From the human T2T-CHM13v2.0 reference genome, Homo sapiens, in NCBI RefSeq assembly GCF_009914755.1, contig NC_060934.1: a stretch of DNA of 64,000 nucleotides; one strand, given 5' to 3'. Each line of letters begins with the position of its first letter. Positions within the stretch are counted from its first letter, which is position 1. Below the pieces are notes generated by a model. It was not told the DNA's origin. It saw only the letters and a list, made by a program, of their open reading frames with translations, and made no database searches. Below are positions 56,535 to 64,000 of this stretch, in pieces. The position numbers and the translations under genes were made by a program.

Positions 56535-57370
56535 CAGCAAGTCTTCAAATAACATTGTTTTAATCAATTCCTGCTGGGACCACCGTCAGTGTGGAGTTCA
56601 CAGGATCTCCCCATGTCTGCCTGGGTTTTCTACAGGTACTCCGGTTTCCTCCCACATCCCAATGATGTGACCCCTGATATCATTGGCATGTCTAAATGGT
56701 CCCAATCTGAGTGTGTGTGTGTGTGTGTGTGTGGGGGGGTGTTGTGTGTGGGTGTGGGTGTGAGAGCACACGTGCATGCACACCCTGCAATGGGACAATG
56801 TGCTGGCAAGAGCTGGTTTCTGCCTTGAAGCCTGAGCTGCAAGGATAGGGTCTGGCCACCAGTGACCTTGAACTAGAAAAAGCAGAATAGAAAATGAATG
56901 AATGAATAAATAAATAAATAACAATTATTATCAAGTAAAAATTTGTAGATTCAATGATAATCATACAAGTGCATGACAATAAACGATGTGACGCAAAAGT
57001 GCTCAGCAAGTCCTCTAGATTTGTCATTGTTTTTGAACTTCATGATGGAAGGAACTGCTTCTTACGGTTTTTACTTTGCAAACATTTATGCTTTGATTTA
57101 ACCCACCACCGCGATGACCGCACCATCACTCACTGACTCACCAAAAATTGGGTAATTATCTTATTTGTTTTTATTAATCTTTTAAGAATGTATATATAGC
57201 TCACATTTATTTCAATGTTAGACTAGAAGTGTTTTGGTTTTTATTTAGAAGTTTGCTGATGTTTTTGTGACCAGAAATATGCTGTATGAATTTAACTCTT
57301 GTTTATTTCAATTAGCCTGTGGTAAAATTGGTTTCATTATATGTTGTTTTGCTTTAAGTTGCAGTTCATC
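56535..57370 (+). mobile_element. MER6 (TcMar-Tigger)
   Basis: TA|CAGCAAGTCTTCAAATAAC...GTGTGGAGTT.....TCTCCCCATGTCTGCCTGGGTTTTCT.CAGGTACTCCGGTTTCCTCCCACATCCC..., internal (TG)n, AAAATTGGTTTCATTATA. Confidence 0.88.
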
Positions 57371-59149
57371 ATAGGCTAATTAATGTTATTTCAAATGAAG
57401 GTTGTTTTGATAGAGAGAGGGTGATTCCTCAGCCATACCATAGGCAGAATCACTGTTTCAGATGTGGAGATAGAGGAAGAGTTTAATGTGTGGATAAACC
57501 CAAGGGAGGTCTGGGAGCCTCAGTTAGCAGGTGAAAATAGTGAAAGACTTGCTGGAGGGAATGGGGGTCCCACTCTTTTTGGCATATACAGGACTTCCAC
57601 ATCCCATAGGAGAGTGCAACAGGATTAATCTCTGAGAACCTAAACATTCTTCACTCTCAGGATTGGACACACCCAGAGGTCTCTGTAGCTGGGCCACCCC
57701 TAACTTATTAGAAGGCCTGAGGAGGCTCCTAGGCAAGAACTCGTCCAGGTTCAAGCAACTACTGGCCACGGGCCAAGCTCAGGAAGGAGCTTGAATACCA
57801 CACTTTATCTGCTACTCAACTTTCCCACGGTCTAGACTATAGGACTCATGCCTCAGGCTTAGGGGAAGGCCGGAAATGAGATTAAAAGAAGGAGAAATGC
57901 CCTTCACTCACACTTTGGTTGGGCATTCAGAGCACACGTCCACATGGCTTTCTAAACGGCTTAAATTTTGGGTGAACTAAACATTCCCCCTTGAGGTAAC
58001 TTCTAGAGCCTAAAAAGGTCAAGGGCACAGTGGCCTGAGCAGCAAGCTTGATAACCCAGAAGATGAAACAGCAAAAGAAGCAACATCTCTGAGCCCTTGG
58101 CAGCTGGAAGGACTAGCTCACAAACACAGCAAGACCCAGGCGTGAGGGTTCCTGTGGCAAGGGTATGGGCAAAGTGCAAAAAGCACCATTTGTAGCTGTC
58201 TGCTGTGACACTGATTTTACCCTCTTGTGATGTAGTCTGGCAAATAATTGGCACCTAACAAATATTTGTGGAATAAATGTCTACTAATTAAGCGATTTAT
58301 ATGCATCCCACTTGGGTATTGCCCTTTTTTATTTATTTTGCTTCAAAGGATTAATATTGAAGTTAAAAAGTTCAAAGGAGTCTGTTTGGCAGGAACAGGG
58401 GCTTTGTTTGGCATCTGAGAGAGACTTGGGCAAGTAACTTCACGTCCCCATTCTTTTTTCATTTCATCTATAAAATAGGATTGTTGGGAAATTTAACTGG
58501 ACAATGTATGTAAAGTAAATGAATGCATGCCTGACCCTAACCATGGAAATTCCACATAGCAATAATCAGCCATAAACTGCTTAGCTTAGAATTCATGTAT
58601 ACAGTTGCATTCTCTTATTCTCATAGTTGAAGGTAGGAGCATTAAAAGGAGCATTCAAAATTAATATAAAATTAATGAGGAAAGAAGTCTGCAAGGAGAG
58701 GAGCAAGAATGTGTCTCATAATTCTTTTATATTGTCCAAAGTTTTCAGTACAGCTCTATGTCTTTCAGGTAGTTGCTCAATAAGTGTATATTAATGTATT
58801 GATTTGAGGTGCCCCTTGTAACTTGGATAATAGTAATGCAGCTGAAAAGCCACCAGACTAAGAAACAGAAGACTTAGGTCAAGACATAGTTACGCCACGA
58901 ATTAGCTGGGAGACCTTGAATAAGTCTTTGGCCTTGGTATACTACTTCTTAAATCAGGAGTTTCCCCAAAATTCTTTCCAGCACTAATATTCTACATTTT
59001 TACAAAAGATCTGAGGATGTAGAATAATGTTCTTCATGAGGGAAAAGAGTTGCATAGAAATAGCATATGGTAACACCCCAATGGGAAAATGTAAAGTTAT
59101 GGGCATTAACTCCATATGATAAACAGAGAAATAGCAGCAAGAACAGCAG

Positions 59150-59300
59150 TTTGGATGTCTACCAAGTTTCAAGCACTGTGCTAATTGCTTTTCACACATT
59201 ATTTTATTTAATCCTTACAATAACCCTGTGAAATAAGTATTTATGTCCCCAACTATAGCTAAGGAAACCACGGTTTAGAGAAAGTTTTCCATCATTCAGT
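59150..59300 (-). mobile_element. MIR
   Basis: AGCACTGTGCTAA.TGCTTT.CACAC...TTTAATCCTTACAATAACCCTGTGA...AAGGAAAC. Confidence 0.7.
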
Positions 59301-61429
59301 AAGCTAGCATTTCATTGACCACTGGCCTTGTATACTCACCTGGGAATCTGGTTTGCCTTTCTTATTATCAAAGAAAACTGGAATTCAATATTGGAATTAT
59401 GCCCATAGAGTTGGTTTGTCTATTGTGCTTCTTAATCTTTACTGAATTATAAGTTTCTTAAGGAATTTGATAAATATTGTGTGGATGGCAGCAGAAGTTA
59501 CTGACCCTTTAAAGTATATTTTTGGTTTAGAACATCTCTCCTGTAAAGGATCAAAATCTCTCCACAGTCTTCAATTGCAGCCTAGGAAGACCTAGGAACA
59601 TCTCAAATAACTATCCAGAGAGTGCTTCAAAGGTCTAGAAACATGATAAAAATCCTTGCCACAACGATCTTTTTAGGATATCATGTTTTCTCCTTTCTTA
59701 AGTCTGCACCTATCCACATATCTATTGGACTGAGGCTAGAGTGCTTGCCTTGGAGCAATAAAAGATAAATCATTTGGTCTCAATTTCTGCCCGTGATCTA
59801 TTTATTCACGGGCTTCAATTCTGGATCTTCACTACATTCTGGCCAGATTTGGGGATTGTGTGGGTAGAGATGATGACTGAATACTCACAGGGTATTTGTG
59901 CTAAGCTTGGTGATAATACTTCAGCCTGCTTATTACATCAGCTGCAATCTGTCTAGACTACGCTGCATTAGATTATGAGGGGTTGCCATCCTGCCATTTA
60001 GAGACCATTCATATTTGAATTATATAGCAAGAGAAGCCAATGGAGTGTGTTAAGCAGGGGAAGGATAAGGGGGGTGTACGGTGGGGGTGTTTGTGACCTG
60101 ATCAGATTTGATTTTTCAGAATGGCACTGTGGCTACAGGAGGAATAGACTTGGAGAAGACTAAGAACTGGCATAATAAAACTAAATAGACGGCATAGGTC
60201 ACCCCCCAGTTTCCTTTTGAGCTCTTTGAAGGCAGACACCTTGTTAATATTGGTCATTGATCTCCATGACACCTAGCATAGGGTATAGAGCTTAGTGAGG
60301 ACTGCGGAATCAATTAGTGAATGAACAAAGAACTAAAAGCTCCTTGAAAGCAGGAAGTCTTCTTCATTTTTCACTGATTAATTTGTAAATTGCTGCTGTT
60401 TACTATGACTAGTCTTAGTCAGAAAGCACAAAGTGGCCCAGCATTATTTTCAGTAAATTATTAGCTACTTAAAGGCAGCACCTGTCATTATTTCTTTGTG
60501 TCTTTGCCCACCTTCCTCCTAGTACAGTTATTTGTGCATAACAAGTCACTAGTAAATGTTTAATGAATGAAAAATTCAGCTCGTAGACTAATGAAGTTTC
60601 TTTTCTTTTTAAAAGGAAACTGTTGAAACATCATTTTCAACAGTCTTTTTACACTTACCAGTGTTTGTTAGTGGGACTGATCCTGACAGTTATAAGCATG
60701 AACAACTAAAAGAAGTAGAATCAAAGAATGCCTGAACTGGAGGAGGTTTTAGAGGTCATTCGGTCCAGCTGCCTACCTGATGTGTGTAGCAGTACAACTG
60801 CTGTGGGGATTGCTTTCTATTTTGGTTTCATGTTTGACCTTTGCCTGACTTCTCTGAGCTCTGTCCTCATTTCTTCCAGCCCTGGGTAGTACACATTTGC
60901 ATGATTGTGCTAAATCCATTTCAAAATGCAAAATAGGACACCTCTGTGGTATGATCCAGTGAGTGTCATTCTTCCTGGCTCAGATCAATTTCTTTATCAT
61001 TCCTTAAAGGAGGTAAAGGAGGGCCTTCTGGGCCAGTATATGCTATAAGTTCTACATGTAAGAATTAAAAAAACTAGCATGTTTGGGGCATTTTAGTGGG
61101 ATTTTGTAGAGTGTGCTGCTTTCCTGTCTCAAAGATTTAATAAGCAAAGCAAAGGTAGCTAGGGTGGACGTTAGGATTGTGTAGAGTCACTGTTGAATCA
61201 TTTTATCACTAATGTCACATTCCTGGGCCTCTACACTAGAATTTTTTATACCTGTTATGTATTTACAAAATGCTTTCATAGTTGGTCTTTATTTTTGTCA
61301 GCATTCAATTTTCCATTAAATTCTTCAAAATATCACTCATGAACACCTACTTTGTGCGAAGTACTGTGCTTTGTGTGGTGGGCCATACAAAGAAGTAGAG
61401 GATTTGCCCCTTTAACAGTTAGCATGCTT

Positions 61430-61750
61430 AGGTTGCCAGCAGCAGAAAGTCGGGCTAACTGATTGCAAGGCTTTCAGGTAGTTCAAAGAAAGGCTGGAAT
61501 AGCAGTCTTGGGCCAGGGAAGCATCTAGTAGATCTAGAACCCAAGGTAAAGGAAGATAGGCAGCTTCCTTAGGTCACTACCACTGAAATCAGTCAACTGT
61601 TTTCCCTATGTTTATGATACTTTGTTGAAGTTTCAAAGTCCTGGAGAGAAACTCCTACTGGCCTAATTTAGTTATTTATTTAACCTTAGGAAAAGAAGGG
61701 CAGAGAGGCTTGACTGATTGTCCAGTCAAGACTTTACACAATAGAAGAGA
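61430..61750 (-). mobile_element. Old MLT1 LTR fragment
   Basis: GGTTGCCAGCAGCAGAAA start; TACTGGCCTAATTTAGTTA...TTGACTGATTGTCC. Confidence 0.4.
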
Positions 61751-61825
61751 GAATACTTTTCTTTGTTTTTTTTTTAGTGTTTCATTTCTTGTATTTGTTT
61801 ACTGACTTTTTTGATTTTGTTGATG

Positions 61826-64000
<2,175 letters not shown>

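Overview
Human/primate non-coding genomic DNA, AT-rich and repeat-dense, consistent with a gene desert or large intron. No protein-coding gene is supportable. The long ORFs are L1 ORF2 remnants, Alu or simple-repeat read-throughs, or chance ORFs. Much of the window is transposon-derived: about 14 Alu/FLAM/FAM/FRAM elements, several L1s (one 5'-inverted), a complete MSTA-type MaLR provirus, two ERV1 solo LTRs, MLT1 LTRs, MER1B/MER5/MER6/MER45A/MER58A DNA transposons and many MIR/L2 fragments. The best non-repeat signal is a compact + strand two-exon transcription unit at about 23.5-25.46 kb. It has a near-consensus androgen/glucocorticoid response element next to a TATA-like box, a PBX-HOX/MEIS motif cluster just upstream, a GT-AG intron (23777-25217), a terminal exon with AATAAA plus a U/GU-rich tract, and several small ORFs in strong Kozak context. 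From memory, this layout resembles the androgen-regulated lncRNA LINC00844, but I cannot confirm that from sequence. Other points of interest: a perfect DUX4 site in one MaLR LTR, a 20-bp tandem repeat that triplicates a perfect p53 half-site, a CpG-rich MER1B with an expanded G-tract, and several repeat-free enhancer-like blocks. Repeat subfamily calls are by eye and boundaries of old elements are approximate.
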